The notes under the pieces were generated by a model. It worked only from the letters and a program-made list of their open reading frames with translations, had not been told where the DNA came from and did no database searches. From Lytechinus pictus (taxonomy: Eukaryota): 64,000 bases of DNA. The DNA lies in contig NC_087251.1 of assembly GCF_037042905.1 (NCBI RefSeq), forward strand, positions 39,866,001 through 39,930,000. The letters are read 5' to 3'. Positions 48,514-63,210 of the stretch are shown piece after piece (the first letter of the stretch is position 1; each line of letters starts with the position of its first letter). A program made the translations under genes and the position numbers.

Positions 48514-51150
48514 AGCTTCGTCACCCTTCCATCAGAAAGCAAGTATCATTAGCTTCGTCATCCTTTCATCATTGAGCAACTAGCCGCCTTCCGTCTTCAT
48601 TTAGCTTTGTCATCCTTTCGTCAGAGAGCAACTAGTCTCCTTCCTTCTACTAATAGTTTCGTCACCCTTTCATCAGAAACTAACAATTCTCTTTCACTTT
48701 ACCACTAGCTTTGTCAACCTTTTACCAGAGATCAACTACTCTCATTCCATTCAACAGTTCAACAGCGTCGTCACCCTTTCATCATAGAGCAACTAGTCTT
48801 CTTCCATTTACCAATAGCTTCTTAATCCTTCCATCAGAGAGCAACTAGCTTCCTTCCATCTACCACTGGCTTCTTCACCCTTTCGGCAGAGACCAACTAG
48901 TCTCCTCCTTCCATCTATCACTAGTTTCGGCACCCATTCATCTGAGACAACTAGTCTCCCATCTACCACGAGCTTCATCACCCTGTCATCAGAGAGTCTC
49001 TTCTATTTACCACTAGCTTCGTCACCCTTAACTCAGAGAGCAACTAGTCTCCTTCATCAACTAGCTTCGTCACCCTTTCATCTGGGAGGAACTAGCATCC
49101 TTCTATCTACCACTGGCTTCGTCACCCTTGCACAGAGAGCAATTAACCTCCTACCAAAAGCTTTGTCACCCTTTCATCAGAGCCTCCTTCCATCTAACAC
49201 TAGCTTCGTCAACCATTTATCAGAGATCAACTAGTCTCACTCCATTTACCACTAGTTTCGACACCCTTTCATCAGAAACTAACAATTCTCTTTCACTTTA
49301 CCACTACCTTTGTCAACCTTTTACCAGAGATCAACTAGTCTCCATTTATCACTAGCTTCGTCACCCTTTCATCATAGAGCAACTAGCTTCCTTCCATCTA
49401 CCACTGGCTTCTTCACCCTTTCAGGAGAGCCCAACTAGTCTTCTTTCTTCAACTAGTTTCGTCACCATTTATAGCAAGTAGTCTCTTTCATCTACCACTA
49501 GCTTCGTCACCCTTAAATCAGAGAGCAACTAGTCTTCTTCCATCTAGCACTAGCTCTCGTCACCCATTCATCTGAGACAACTAGTCTCCCATCTACCACC
49601 AGCTTCATCACCCTGTCATCAGAGTCTCTTCTATCTAACACTAGCTTCGTCACCCTTTTACCAGAGATCAACTAGTCTCACTCCATTTACCACTAGTTTA
49701 GACACCCTTTCATCTGAGAACAACTAGTCTCTCATCTACCACCAGCTTCATCATCCTGCCATCAGACAGTCTCTTCCATCTACCACTGGCTTCGTCACCC
49801 TTTCAGTAGAGACCAACTAGTCTCCTCCCTTCTTCAACTGGTTTCGTCACCATTTATAGCAAGTAGTCTCTTTCATCTACCACTAGCTTTCTCATCCTTT
49901 CATCAGAGAGCAACTAGTTTCTTTCCCATCTACCACTAGCTTCTTCATCCTTACACAAGTGACCAACTAGTTTCCTTCAACCAGTTTCGTCACTCTTTAG
50001 AGCAAGTAGTCTCTTTCTATCTACCACTAGCTTCTTCATCCCTTCACCAGAGAGCAACTAGTCTCCTCCATCTACCACAAGCTCTATCACCCTTTCATCA
50101 GAGAGCGAATAGTTTCCTTTCTTCTGCAACTAGCTTCGTCACCCTTTAGAGCAAGTAGTTTCGTTCTATCTACCACTACCTTCGTTACCCTTTCATCAGA
50201 GAGCAACTCGTCTCCTTCCATCTACCACTAGCTTCGTCACCTTTTCATCAGAGAGTCTCTTCATATACCACTAGCTTCGTCACCCTTTTATCAGAGAGCA
50301 TCTAGACTCCATCCATCTATCACTAGTTTCATCACCCTTTCATCAGAGAGGAACTGGTCTCGATCTGCCACGAGCTGCGTCACCCTTTCATCTGGGAGAA
50401 AATAGCATCATTCTGGCTACCACTGGCTTTGTCACCCTTGCACAGAGAGCAACTAATCTCCTACCACAAGCTTTGTCACCCTTTCATCACAGCCTCCTTC
50501 CATCTACCACTAGCTTCGTCACCATTCATTCCATGAGAGAACAAATAGTCTCCTTCCATCTACCGCCAGCTCATCTCCCTCCATCTACCACTAGTTTTGT
50601 CACCGTTTAATCAGAGAACATTTCTCTCCTCCATCTACCACAAGCTCTATCATCCTTTCATCAGAGAGCAACTAGTCCCCTTCCATCTATCACTAGTTTC
50701 ATCACCTTTTCATCAGAGAGCAACTCGTTCCATCTACCACTAGCTTCGTCACCTTTTCATCTGGGAGAAACTAGCATCCTTCCTTCTTCAACTAGTTTTG
50801 TCACCATTTATAGCAAGTAGTCTCTTTCATCTACCACCAGCTTCTTCACCCTTTCACATTCCATGTGACAACAAATAGCCTCCTTCCATCTTCCGCCAGC
50901 TCATCTCCCTCCATCTACCACTAGTTTTGTCACCGTTTAATCAGAGAATATCTAGTCTCCTTCCATCTAACACTAGCTTCGTTATCCTTTCATCAGAGAA
51001 TAACCCGTCTCCTTCCTTCCTACCTCTATCTTCGTCACCCTTTCATTACAGAGCATCTATACTCCATCTAACAGAGAGCAACCAGTTTCCATCCATTGAC
51101 CAATATTTTTGTGCATAAACACCTTTTCGTAAGAGAGCAGCTAGTCTAGC
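48514..51150 (+). repeat. ~52-bp minisatellite array, copy 2 (~50 units)
   Basis: Same consensus as copy 1. Confidence 0.95.
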
Positions 51151-54100
51151 TTTTACCATGATCCTTTTCAACATTTCACCGTTAATAAGTTCTGCTGTTT
51201 CTGTCGATCGTTTCACCCTCCGTCTATATAAAGGTAAGAAATGATAGATAATTTAAATGTAATTTCACCCCTTTTTCACATTTAATCGAAATCCATAAAG
51301 CTGTTTCCATATCACTATATTACGAAACTATTAAAATCAAAGAGTATCCAATAAGTATGACAAAATCAATATTACAGTTAAGGTTACAATTAACAATTAA
51401 ACTTAGACTCAAAACTTTATGAGAAACTCCAACTCCAATCATTATCATTGATATAATATTATTAACTGTTTATCCCATGATTTTGAAAAAGCCCGCCGCC
51501 CCACCCCCCTCCCAATTTTTTTTGTACCTTTTGCCAGGCCAAGCTGGAATAAAAAAAGCATAAAATATTATTGATAAAATCTGAAGGAAACAACAGGGTT
51601 GAAGTTAATGTTTGAAATGTTAATTTTCTCTTTACTTTAATTTCAGCTTAGTTTTAGCGATATTTCATTTTTATTCAGGAGATATCTTTTGACAAAGTAA
51701 TCACTGTTTTGATGGCAACAAAGACCTAGAGAGAACACTGTTGTCCAGATAAGACTGTCATGATGATTTCAACAGCAGAATCAGTAACTCAGTGGTATGT
51801 TTTTTATTTCCTTTTTAGGCTGGATAAGATTAAAGACAATGCTAATAATAATAATTCTTATTTACTCAGGTTAGCCGCTTCGCATCAGCGTTTATTGGCA
51901 GTGTTTTACGAAAGTAGTACATTTTTTTTAGATAACAACTCTAAATTACGTTACCCAAACAGGCAAACAGCTCTTAGCGGACCCAACTTGATATGATGTT
52001 GTCCTAATTAAGATATTATACAATATTTCTGATTCTATTTACACAAAGTAGCCACTCGGTTTTTGCAAGCCCTTTTCCAGCGGTTGGATGCATTTTAATT
52101 ATAATATTAATAATGATTATTCTTTTTAACCTACATGTATATAGCGAAACCACCACAGAAGATCTTGGTCTTGTACTGATACTTTACAAAACCATAGGCA
52201 ATATTTTTTTTAATAAAGCCTTGGGAGTACCCCCTTAATTGTGCCCCGCGTGCATAATATCCTTTCTTTTCGTTCTTTCAGAAGTCGAGCGGATGATCAA
52301 AAGACAAAAAAATCCAATAATACTTAGTGAAATTATTATCTATTAATTATTTAATACAAGTGCATTTCTGTTTTTCTCCACTTCTGATATGTTTTTCCCT
52401 TTTCTCTCTGGATGCATTTATATGAACAATAATTCTTTTTTTGTTGTTGTTCATCAAGGAAAACCACTTCAGCTGGTATTGGCCGTCTTCTATATAACTT
52501 TTAACTTCTGATCTTTATTGCCTTCTCTTTTCAGGCTTGATACTTTTCAAACATGAATATTCATAATGGCTCTTATTTTCCAGGTTAGACAGTTCCGTTT
52601 TAAGAGTTTTTTTTCAGCGACCCTGCTATCATTACCATTAACTATATATTTTTTAATGTAAGGTAACCTTTTCAGATTATTATTGACGTTCTTTTCTCTG
52701 TCTTACTTGCATCCCCTAACCATGCTTCCGTGTCCTACTAACACGATATGCTTTGGTCTCTTTTTCTCATTCTTAGAAGCAGGGCGGCTGATACAAAAAC
52801 AAAAGTCCAATATTATGTGCTGATTGAAAATTATAATTGATTTATTATGTAATTCAAGTGTACTTCGTTTTTTTTTATACGTCTCATTTTTTTCCAGACT
52901 TGTTTTATTTCCTTTATTACAAAGTGAATCCACTTGATTTGATATTGGTGGTTTACGATTAATCCTTCTTACATTAGTGATGACCGTTATTTTTAGTTAG
53001 CATTTGTAAGATAACCCTTAATAAAGAACTTTATTTTCTATGGTGTATAAAATTTAAGCTTCAGTCTTCCACCGGCTATGCTAATGTATGTTATTGTTTC
53101 TCTTCTTTCATTATAGAAAAGCAGAGTTGCTGAAAAGAATGGAAAAGTATGCTTCAAAATTTTCCTTTCAATCATATATTCTCAAATAATTGATTTTGGC
53201 ATGTAATTTCCGTAACTTGGATCTTATGATCTTTATTCTTGATACGTTTTAAACATTAATATTGATGACGACTCTCTTTTTACTAAGGATATTCACTTCA
53301 GCTTTAATAGGCGGTTTTCCATCTTTCCTACTAATAAAATGAAATAACTTGCCTTACTCTTAATAATAACTCTTATTTATTTGTCCACGTTAGTCAGTTC
53401 AGCTTTTAATAGTGGTTTTCCGGCGCCTTTGCCATCATTGCCATTAACCGATTAACATAACAATAACTCTTAATTACATATAGGTAGCCACTTTAACTTT
53501 TATTGGTGGAGTTCCAGCGTATCCTGGTATGGAACGTGGTATGATTTATTCCCTTCTTTCATTCTCAAAACCATAGTGCCTGATTTAGAGACAGAAAGTC
53601 CCATTTAACAAAATATTTTTTAGCAAAATATGTGAATACAGGGTTAGGATTCTCGTGAGATCTGAAACTGCGACCCGCCGAACAATTTTGTGCAACCCGC
53701 CAAAACTTCGAAGATGATCAAGGTAAGTAGTTTGGTAGTGCTCTTTTCAAACATATCAAGTCACTTTTGTATTTACTAATGTGAGGGAAAGATTTCCCAT
53801 CCAAACTTTTCTAAAGACTCGTCTTAAGCTTGTACTTAGATTTTAATCTGTTTTCGCTGATATACTTCCCAGAACCTGTGTTAAATGTGTATCATTTACC
53901 TGCATAGTTCTTATTCATCTCCAATCATGCCCATGCATCTCGGAGAACTAGAATTCGTTCCATTCTGAATTTGTATAGAAAAATAATTTAGGAGGTAAAA
54001 TTACATCGGATATTATACATTTTTCTTCATCCAATATAACGATTTTCATGATTATGTTCTCTTCTTTTAAAAAAGGTATCTTAAATGTCTGTTTTATCAC

Positions 54101-56000
54101 TTTCACATTCCACAGGTGAATGTATGGGGGGAGGGGGTGATGCCCCTCAAAAGTTCAACGATTAAGAAAGACAAGGAAAATAAAGGGAGAAAATGACAGA
54201 AAAAGGGAAAATGGTGACATCAATTCATGAATATTGTATCTTGATATATATCACAAAACTGTATTTTGATTTTAAAAATTCAAGATTTTGCTGACTGTCA
54301 ACTTTTGGGGAATTTTGCTCCGTAGGTCATACACTTTCCCTCCTTTTTGGTCAACTAAAGGCCAGCTGCTAGTCGACCAGGATCCATATTGATAAATCCG
54401 TAATAAGTCGAGTAGTCACTAATCAACTAAGTGTGCAGTTTCCTAATTGTGCCATAAATATTGCATTTTGGTAATTGCACATTTTGTTAATCAACCCAAA
54501 ATGTTCAACTTAACGGCATGTACCCGATTACTGGCTGAAGCCCCCCCCCCCCCCCCCTCCGTTGGTTTGTGACGCCTTTTTTGTACCGGTATTCATAATG
54601 ATTTTGCATTGGTTTTAATGATACTTTTTCTTTTTAATTCCACAGTTTTCACAGAATTGAAAATCCGGAAGCTATCTTGAATTTTTTTTCCTCGAAACAT
54701 GGACAAGGAGATTGAGTGAAAAGTATTATACACGTTTCCACAATAAAGACTCAATTCCTGGAGAAGATTGTGTCCTTATTTACTTATCATTGACTTCACT
54801 TCATCCAACACGCCTCCTCAAATGTTGAACCTGAGAAATAAATCCTGATGACTTCAAGTGCCAAGTCCTGGAAAAATGCCTATTACTCTATAGACACGAT
54901 ACTTTCAGAAGAACTCGAGATGCAGAATCAGTCAACAAATTTTTTCGTGGACGGATCCCTATATTTTCTGTGTGCGGACTAGACACCATTTTAAAGATAG
55001 AACTTCGCCGAGACTAATCCGAACCTCACGGGAGGCTTGTTGATGGGTCTCTGGACGGTTATTCTCCCCTTGATTTACCAATTTGAACTTGATAATATTG
55101 TGAACATCGGAGGACAGAGACTTATTTATGGAGCTGCGGAGAAATATTTAAAACACTGGATCTTTGAGGGAAATTTTGTTTGGAGCTGAAATCATGTTCC
55201 TGTGGACATGGATGCACGACGATATCAAAGAGGGGACAGATGTCAGACTGAACATTTGTATTAGTGAGTAATTTTACCCCTAGAACAACACGGCAATATC
55301 ACTTAATGATCTTCATGAAACTTTGACATTTATGGATATGGGTTACGGTTTGGTTTTAGTGCCAGGATTTGTAGAGTAAGTTAATTAGGCAAAATGATAG
55401 GGTCCCCCATAGGAGCCTGACCGAAGCTTGATCTTAGCCCATCTCCATAAATGTTATTGTGTCATATCAAGAAGATTGCTGTGTTGTCACCTACGGGTAA
55501 TCGAATTCATTTAATATTTTTTAATGAATATGTGCCGAAAGCTTTACAACTTTTTTTAAAGAAAAAGGTTGTAAGGCTTTTCCTCCCGACAGATCTCGTT
55601 GAATTGTTAGCAAGGATTCGGCGTAATTCCTTACAGGGGCGGTGCCGGCAGTGAGGGGGTGGAGACGTTGCCTCTAAATTTTGTTTAAAGTACTTAAAGA
55701 AAATTACAAAAGAGAAGAAAACAAAAACGAATTAAACAAAATCAAAATATCGTATTAGTTCCTCGAACTCCATTAGAACACTATTATTCAAATGAAAAAA
55801 ACAAACTTACGTCACCTCTCGGTCGTCTTGCCCCCTATACCCTGGCGCCGCCCCTGGGTAAAAATACTTTCACATGCCAAGATTATGGTAGGTGAAATTA
55901 TCGTAGAAAGCATTAACGACATTCGATATTCGGGCGTTAATCGATTTCGTATACGAAAGGCATTACGTTTGCCCTCGTAGGAACATCCGTTACGAACGTT

Positions 56001-56072
56001 TAATAATAATAATAATAATAGTGGTTATTTGTATAGCGCACAGGTCCACATTAAGGTGCTCATGGCGCTTAG
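56001..56072 (-). mobile_element. Short SINE/LINE 3'-end fragment (copy 3 only)
   Basis: AGCGCACAGGTCCAC..GGTGCTCATGGCGCTT matches 42123-42157; adjacent (TAA)n. Confidence 0.7.
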
Positions 56073-58753
56073 GAAAAAAAAAAGGAAAGAGAAAAAGAAA
56101 GAATAATAAAATAAAATATGAGATATATTATATTTATTTTTTGTTTGATTGATTTGGGTTAGCTTGCTGCCTAATTTACTTCTTAGAGCAGGAGGAACTA
56201 GGTGCTGAGTAAGTACTTTTGTGTAATATTGATGGCATGCCAATTATATCCTTTTCTGAATTTCCATACAATTTCTACTATACTTATAAGGATAATAGTG
56301 TAGTTCAGTACACAGTCCCATAGCAGATTGAGTTGTAAACCCCATGGAGAATTATTTCCCATGGTAATCCTCAAAAAGTCAAGTGTGAGTGCGAATGGAT
56401 GGATCATGAATAGGCCTATCGATATAGAAACTGATAAAGAACCAACATTTAAAGTCAAAAGAAGACCAAGGATTAAAATGGTTTAATATTCCACTTCTTC
56501 CTACATGTAGATATGCTCAGATTATCTTTGTACAATTTTCGTAATTCTTTTTGGACAGTTAATAGTTCTAACAATTGCCAGTCCCATGCAATAGCTAAAG
56601 TAATAGATCTAGACATCGTTACCATTATGGACATCATGTGTCGTGTTGACAAAACTGAATATGGGCTATCCATCCGTTTCATATTTTTGTTATTTTATAC
56701 GGGAAATTAATACTGTACTATACCATAGTTGCTGGTCAAAGGATCGTTGGTGTTGAATGGGGAAGGATCATTATATGCGCTTATAAGGAACAAATTGTAA
56801 CAATCGTATAAAACATAGGCCTAACTTTCTTTATGTTATTATATCTAGATGAAACATTCGTAAATAATTAGCAACCTGAAATGTTTACCGCATGGAGATG
56901 ATGATTAGCAGGGCCCGCTGGTAGAACAGTTTTCGAAACTGAAGTGGCTACCCTGGGTAAATATACCTATATTATTATTATTATTATTATTATGATATCG
57001 ATAATAACGCCGGTTATTGTTCAATTCAGTTCAATTCAAGAATGGCATTTATCGATGATTATGCAAAATTGTACATGAATTAAGCTGCAGCTGTAGCTTT
57101 CTCGTTTAAAAGGTTGTTGACACACTATGTAAATATCATAATGAATACAATTTCAAAGTTATATTAAAAATAATGTAAAATGTAATGAGGAAAAGACAGT
57201 TTTGTTTTATTTTGTAGATCTAGTGCATAATCATCACATTCAGAAATAATTATGAGAATCGAGATTTTGATTAACATGGATTTATTGTGTTTATGTTTCA
57301 GGTAAGGAATACCACAAAAAATATCTACCGAGCATTAGCAAGGTGGTATTTGGACGGAAAAAACAACATTCGCGGCTTTCGTCGTCTTGCCAACCTGAGT
57401 GACTTGAAACCTCAGTCATCATGGTCATATATACCAGGGGAACAATATACTTGTATTAGTTTATGATCATAATGAATCTATGAATGTTGTCGAGCTGGTT
57501 TGTGAGGCGAATTTTAATGCCATGGTTTGTAATAAAAGTCACACATCTAGGGCCTTAGTATGGGGCTTGACTAAATTTTGTCGGTAAATTTATAGTATCA
57601 TGTCAAGAAGATTGCTGCATTATCGCCCGAAGGTTACTTAATCTTAACGCAACTGGGATAGTACGACTCTTCCTGAAACGAGTTGAGGTGGCGCTTTATT
57701 CTAAATCGTCTTCTGGCTTTACTTTGGACTGGGAAAAAAAATAAACCGTGATATGTTTTTACGTTTTCGTCAGTCCACTCGTTAATCCGTTGAGTCTCTC
57801 GAATGATCATTCGTTTCTTGCTTTTAGTCATCATGCTCAATACGTAGCACCGATCGTCTCGTTCGTTTGAATTATCGCGGTAAGTTTAATTTCACTAGTA
57901 CTGTATTCCGTTAGTAACATTGCTGTTATTAAATTCTCGTAATTTTGATTTGACACTTTAATACAGATACACATTTCTTTACATTTAGTAAAGTGGTGGA
58001 GACATAGTTTTTCATAATATTACCGTTGATTTTATCATTAAAAGGGCTTTAGACAAATTAGGTACTCAGAAAGAATAAAATCAACTATCAAAATCAAACT
58101 GGCAACGACAACAGTTTAATATTTTCTATTTCGATAGATCTAGATGATAAATAGAAATATAAAAAGGGATGATAATTATCCAGTGACAACAAACCTTATG
58201 GTTTGTATATTTGGTGCGAGTTTATGTATAATTAAATGCCAAACAGTCGTCAGAAACAAACTATTTTCTATTATTATTATTTTCTTGTTTATGTTCCAGG
58301 TGTGGAATGTGAATAGGGACCTACATCTTCACGCGCTTTGGAAGAGAAGCTTCTGCAACCATATCGACGAGGAAATACCCTCTTGAAAATCTAACAAGCT
58401 CCGCGAGATTAATTTTCCTGTGTAACAATTACAGCAGTTTTTTTCATCGATATCCAGCAAAGCTCATACAACCAAAGAGGTTTATTACAGCTGAACAATT
58501 TATCGCATCCTTAGAAAGAACCAGTTATTTGGTATTCTGGTTGATTGTGGAGTTGACTATTTTGGTTGATATCTCGTAATGAGTAATGACGATATATACA
58601 CAAACTGTAAATAAAATGTAACTAAGTGTAATGATTTAAGTTGTAATGTCAGATTGTTTGACAGCAAGGATATGTATAATTAGTATTTTATTCCACACGT
58701 TTCCTGTCAGCGATTTGTCAAAACTAGTTTAATTTAGTAATGTTTTTAATCAG

Positions 58754-61700
58754 AGCTTCGTCACCCTTCCATCAGAAAGCAAGTATTCTCCTTCCAATTA
58801 CCACTAGCTTCGTCACCCTTTCATCAGTGAGCAACTAGCCGCCTTCCATATTCAACTAGCTTCGTCACCCTTTCGTCAGAGAGCAACTAGTCTCCTTCCT
58901 TCTACAAATGGTTTCGTCATCCTTTCATCACAAACTAACTATTCTCTTTTCATTTACCACTAGCTTTTTTAACCTTTCATCAGAGCCTCCTACCATTTAC
59001 CACTAGCTTCTTCATCCTCCCTTTAGAGAGCAACTAGCTTCCTTCCATCTATCACTGGATTCGTCACCCTTCAATCAGAGAGCATCTAGTCTCTATCTAC
59101 CGACTAGTCTCCTTCTTCAACTAGTTTCGTCACCATTTATAGCAAGTACTCTCTTTCATCTACCACTCGTTTCGTCACCCTTTCACCAGTGAGCAACTAT
59201 TATCCTTCTGTCTCACACTAGCTTCGTCATCCTGTCATCAGAGAGCAACTAGTCTCCTCCATCTACCACAAGTTATATCACCCTTTCATCAGATAGCAAC
59301 TAGTCTCCTCCTTCCTTCTATCAGTAGTTCCATCACCATTTCATCAGAGAGCAAATAGTCCCCTTCTTTCTTCAACCAGCTTCGTCACCCTTTTGAGCAA
59401 GTAGTCTCGTTCTATCTACCACTACCTTCGTTACCCTTTCATCAGAGAGCAAGTATTCTCCTCCTTCCATCTATCACTAGTTCCATCACCATTTCATCAG
59501 AGAGCAACTAGTCTCTTTCATCTACCACTAGTTTCGACACCCTTTCATCTGAGAATAACTAGCTTCTCATCTACCACCAGCTTCATCACCCTGTCATCAG
59601 ACAGTCTCTTCCATCTACCACTGGCTTCGTCACCCTTTCAGTGGAGACCAACTAGTTTCCTTTCTTCTTCAACTAGTTTCGTCACCATTTATAGCAAGTA
59701 GTCTCGTTCATCTACCACTAGCTTTCTCATCCTTTCATGAGAGAACAACTAGTCTCTTTCCCATCTACCACTAGCTTCATCACCCTGTCATCAGACAGTC
59801 TCTTCCATCTACCACTAGCTTCGTCACCCTTAAATCAGAAAGCAACCAGTCTCCTTCCATCTACCACTAGCTCTCGTTACCCTTTCATCTGGGAGGAACT
59901 AGCATCCTTCTATCTACAACTGGCTTCGTCACCCTTGCACAGAGAGCAACTAATCTCCTACTACAAGCTTTGTCACCCTTTCATCAGAGCCTCCTTCCAT
60001 CTACCACTAACTTCGACACCCTTCCACGAGAGAACAAATAGTCTCCTTCCATCTACCGCCAGCTAATCAATCAGGGTACTAATGGATAATTCGTTTTTCA
60101 TTCCCGATCATCGCAGAGCAAAAACGGAAATCAACCTCATGGTTCGGTCTTTGAAAACACAAAAACGAAATCACAACGAGAAAAACCTGTTGTTCAAAAA
60201 CAGAAGAATGAAATCAGAAATACTTTTGGGCTCTTTCTGATTTCTCATTCTATGCTTGTGTTTGTTATATATCAAAAACAAAATCAGAACACGCTTTCCG
60301 CTCCGTGATGCTGTTTGGAAAAACGCAGACAGCGAAAACGAAATAGGAAACTCGCATTCCACTTTCTGCTCTGTGAAGGTCCGAAAAGAAAATTAAACGC
60401 TGAGCCGAGTTGCCCTTTCTTTACGTTTTAACATTCTTAACATGTTTCCATTAATCTTTTTTTTTTCTTTTTTAATCAATGTTTAGAATTTACTTCATTA
60501 TGTATGTATATGTTACTCCTTGTATCTCTTGTATTTATATTGTTATGTATTTTCATGACGGAAATAAAACAAACAAACAAACATGCATATTAAAGAGCGC
60601 CCTCTACGTTTTCGATCATTATACACACGTGCACGCAGTACAGTGCATGCATGTTACGACCACGTGCAACAAAAAAATTTCCAGCGTTTTCTTTTAGGAC
60701 CTTCACAGAGCAGGAAGTGGAAAGCGAGTTTCCGATTTCGTTTTCCATGTTTGCGTTTTTCCAAACAGAATCACGGAGCGGAAAGCGTGTTCTGATTTTG
60801 TTTTTGATATATAACAAACACAAGTATGGAATGAGAAATCAGAAAGAGCCCAAAAGTATTTCTGATTTCATCTGAGAACAACTAGTCTCTCATCTACCAC
60901 CAGCTTCATCACCCTGTCATCAGACAGCCTCTTCCATCTAACACCTGCTTCGTCACCCTTTCAGTAGAGACCAACTAGTTTCCTTCCTTCTTCAACTAGT
61001 TTCGTCACCATTTATAGCAAGTAGTCTCTTTCATCTACCACTAGCTTTCTCATCCTTTCATCAGAGAGCAACTAGTTTCTTTCCCATCTACCACTAGCTT
61101 CTTCACCCTTACACAAGCGACCAACTAGTTTCCTTCAACCAGCTTCGTAACGCTTTAGAGGAAGTAGTCTCTTTCTATCTACCACTAGCTTCTTCATCCT
61201 TTCATTAGAGAGCAACTAGTCTCCTCCATCTACCACAAGCTCTATCACCCTTTCATCAGAGAGCAACTAGTCTCTTTCCATCTACCAATAGTTCCATCAC
61301 CCTTTTATCAGAGAGCAAATGGTTTCCTTCCTTCTGCAACTAGCTTCGTCACCCTTTAGAGCAAGTAGTCTCTTTCTATCTACCACTAGCTTTTTCATCC
61401 TTTCATCAGAGAGCAACTAGTCTCCTCCATCTACGACAAGCTCTATCACCCTTTCATCAGAGAGCAACTAGTTTCTTTCCATCTACCACTAGTTCCATCA
61501 CCCTTTCATCAGAGAGCAAATGGTTTCCTTCCTTCTGCAACTAGCTTCGTCACCCTTTAGAGCAAGTAGTCTCGTACTATCTACTACTACCTTCGTTACC
61601 CTTTCATCAGAGAGCAACTAGTCTCCTTCCATCTACCACTAGCTTCGTCACCTTTTCATCAGATAGTCTCTTCCATCGACTACTAGCTTCGTCACCTTTT

Positions 61701-63210
61701 TATCAGAGAGCAACTAGTCCCCTTCCATCTATCACTAGTTTCATCATCATTTCATCAGAGAGGAACTGGTCTCCATCTACCACTAGCTGCGTCACCCTTT
61801 CATCTCGGAGGAACTAGCATCCTTCTATTTACCACTGGCTTCGTCACCCTTCCACAGAGAGCAACTAATCTCCTACCACACGATTTGTGACCCTTTCATC
61901 AGAGCCTCATTCCATCTACCACTAGCTTCGTCACCCTTCCATGAGAGAACAAATAGTCTCCTTCCATCTACCGCCAGCTCATCTCCCTCCATCTACCACT
62001 AGTTTTGTCACCGTTTAATCAGAGAACATTTGTCCCCTCCATCTACCACAAGCTCTATCATACTTGCATCAGAAAGCAGCTAGTCCCCTTCCATCTATCA
62101 CTAGTTTCATTACCTTTTCATCAGAGAGCAACTTGTCTCCATCTACCACTAGCTTCGTCACCTTTTCATCTGGGAGAAACTAGCATTCTTCCTTCTTCAA
62201 CTAGTTTCGTCACCATTTATAGCAAGTAGTCTCTTTCATCTACCACCAGCTTCTTCACCCTTTCACATTCCATGTGACAACAAATAGCCTCCTCCCATCT
62301 TCCGCCAGCTCATCTCCCTCCATCTACCACTAGTTTTGTCACCGTTTAATTAAAGAATCTCTAGTCTCCTTCCATCTAACACTAGCTTCGTCACCATTTA
62401 ATCAGAGAGTAACTCGTCTCCTTCCTTCCTACCTCTATCTTCGTCACCCTTTCATCTCGGAGGAACTAGCATCCTTCTATTTACCACTGGCTTCGTCACC
62501 CTTCCACAGAGAGCAACTAATCTCCTACCACACGATTTGTGACCCTTTCATCAGAGCCTCATTCCATCTACCACTAGCTTCGTCACCCTTCCATGAGAGA
62601 ACAAATAGTCTCCTTCCATCTACCGCCAGCTCATCTCCCTCCATCTACCACTAGTTTTGTCACCGTTTAATCAGAGAACATTTGTCTCCTCCATCTACCA
62701 CAAGCTCTATCATACTTTCATCAGAAAGCAGCTAGTCCCCTTCCATCTATCACTAGTTTCATTACCTTTTCATCAGAGAGCAACTTGTCTCCATCTACCA
62801 CTAGCTTCGTCACCTTTTCATCTGGGAGAAACTAGCATCCTTCCTTCTTCAACTAGTTTCGTCACCATTTATAGCAAGTAGTCTCTTTCATCTACCACCA
62901 GCTTCTTCACCCTTTCACATTCCATGTGACAACAAATAGCCTCCTTCCATCTTCCGCCAGCTCATCTCCCTCCATCTACCACTAGTTTTGTCACCGTTTA
63001 ATTAGAGAATCTCTAGTCTCCTTCCATCTAACACTAGCTTCGTCACCATTTAATCAGAGAGTAACTCGTCTCCTTCCTTCCTATCTCTATCTTCGTCACC
63101 CTTTCATTACAGAGCATCTAGACTCCATCTAACAGAGAGCAGCCAGTTTCCATCCATTGACCAATATTTTTGTGCATAACACCTTTTCGTAAGAGAGCAG
63201 CTAGTCTAGC
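58754..63210 (+). repeat. ~52-bp minisatellite array, copy 3 (~70 units, interrupted by a MITE)
   Basis: Same consensus. A recent 652-bp duplication is visible (ORFs 62005 and 62657 are near-identical). Confidence 0.95.
60072..60871. mobile_element. MITE with long inverted arms and deleted right end, inserted in array 3
   Basis: 60208-60392 is inverted to ~60687-60871. The left ~135 bp has no mirror. Absent from arrays 1 and 2. Confidence 0.8.

Larger units (their letters stand above)
43794..53722 (+). ncRNA. Putative spliced non-coding transcript or decayed gene, copy 2
   Basis: Donors at 44403, 45227, 47550, 51234, 53147 and 53723; acceptors before 43794/43803, 45210, 48027, 53117 and 53642. 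Confidence 0.45.
43661..54511 (+). repeat. Tandem segmental unit, copy 2 (~10.85 kb)
   Basis: The anchor GGCTGAAGCCCCCC recurs at ~43682 and ~54533; collinear throughout. Confidence 0.92.

Noticed and set aside
29534-63210. C/D-box snoRNA cluster (TGATGA/CTGA on the minus strand)
   Set aside because: The two boxes overlap in a single CTGATGA word per satellite unit, and there are no distinct guide sequences or terminal stems.
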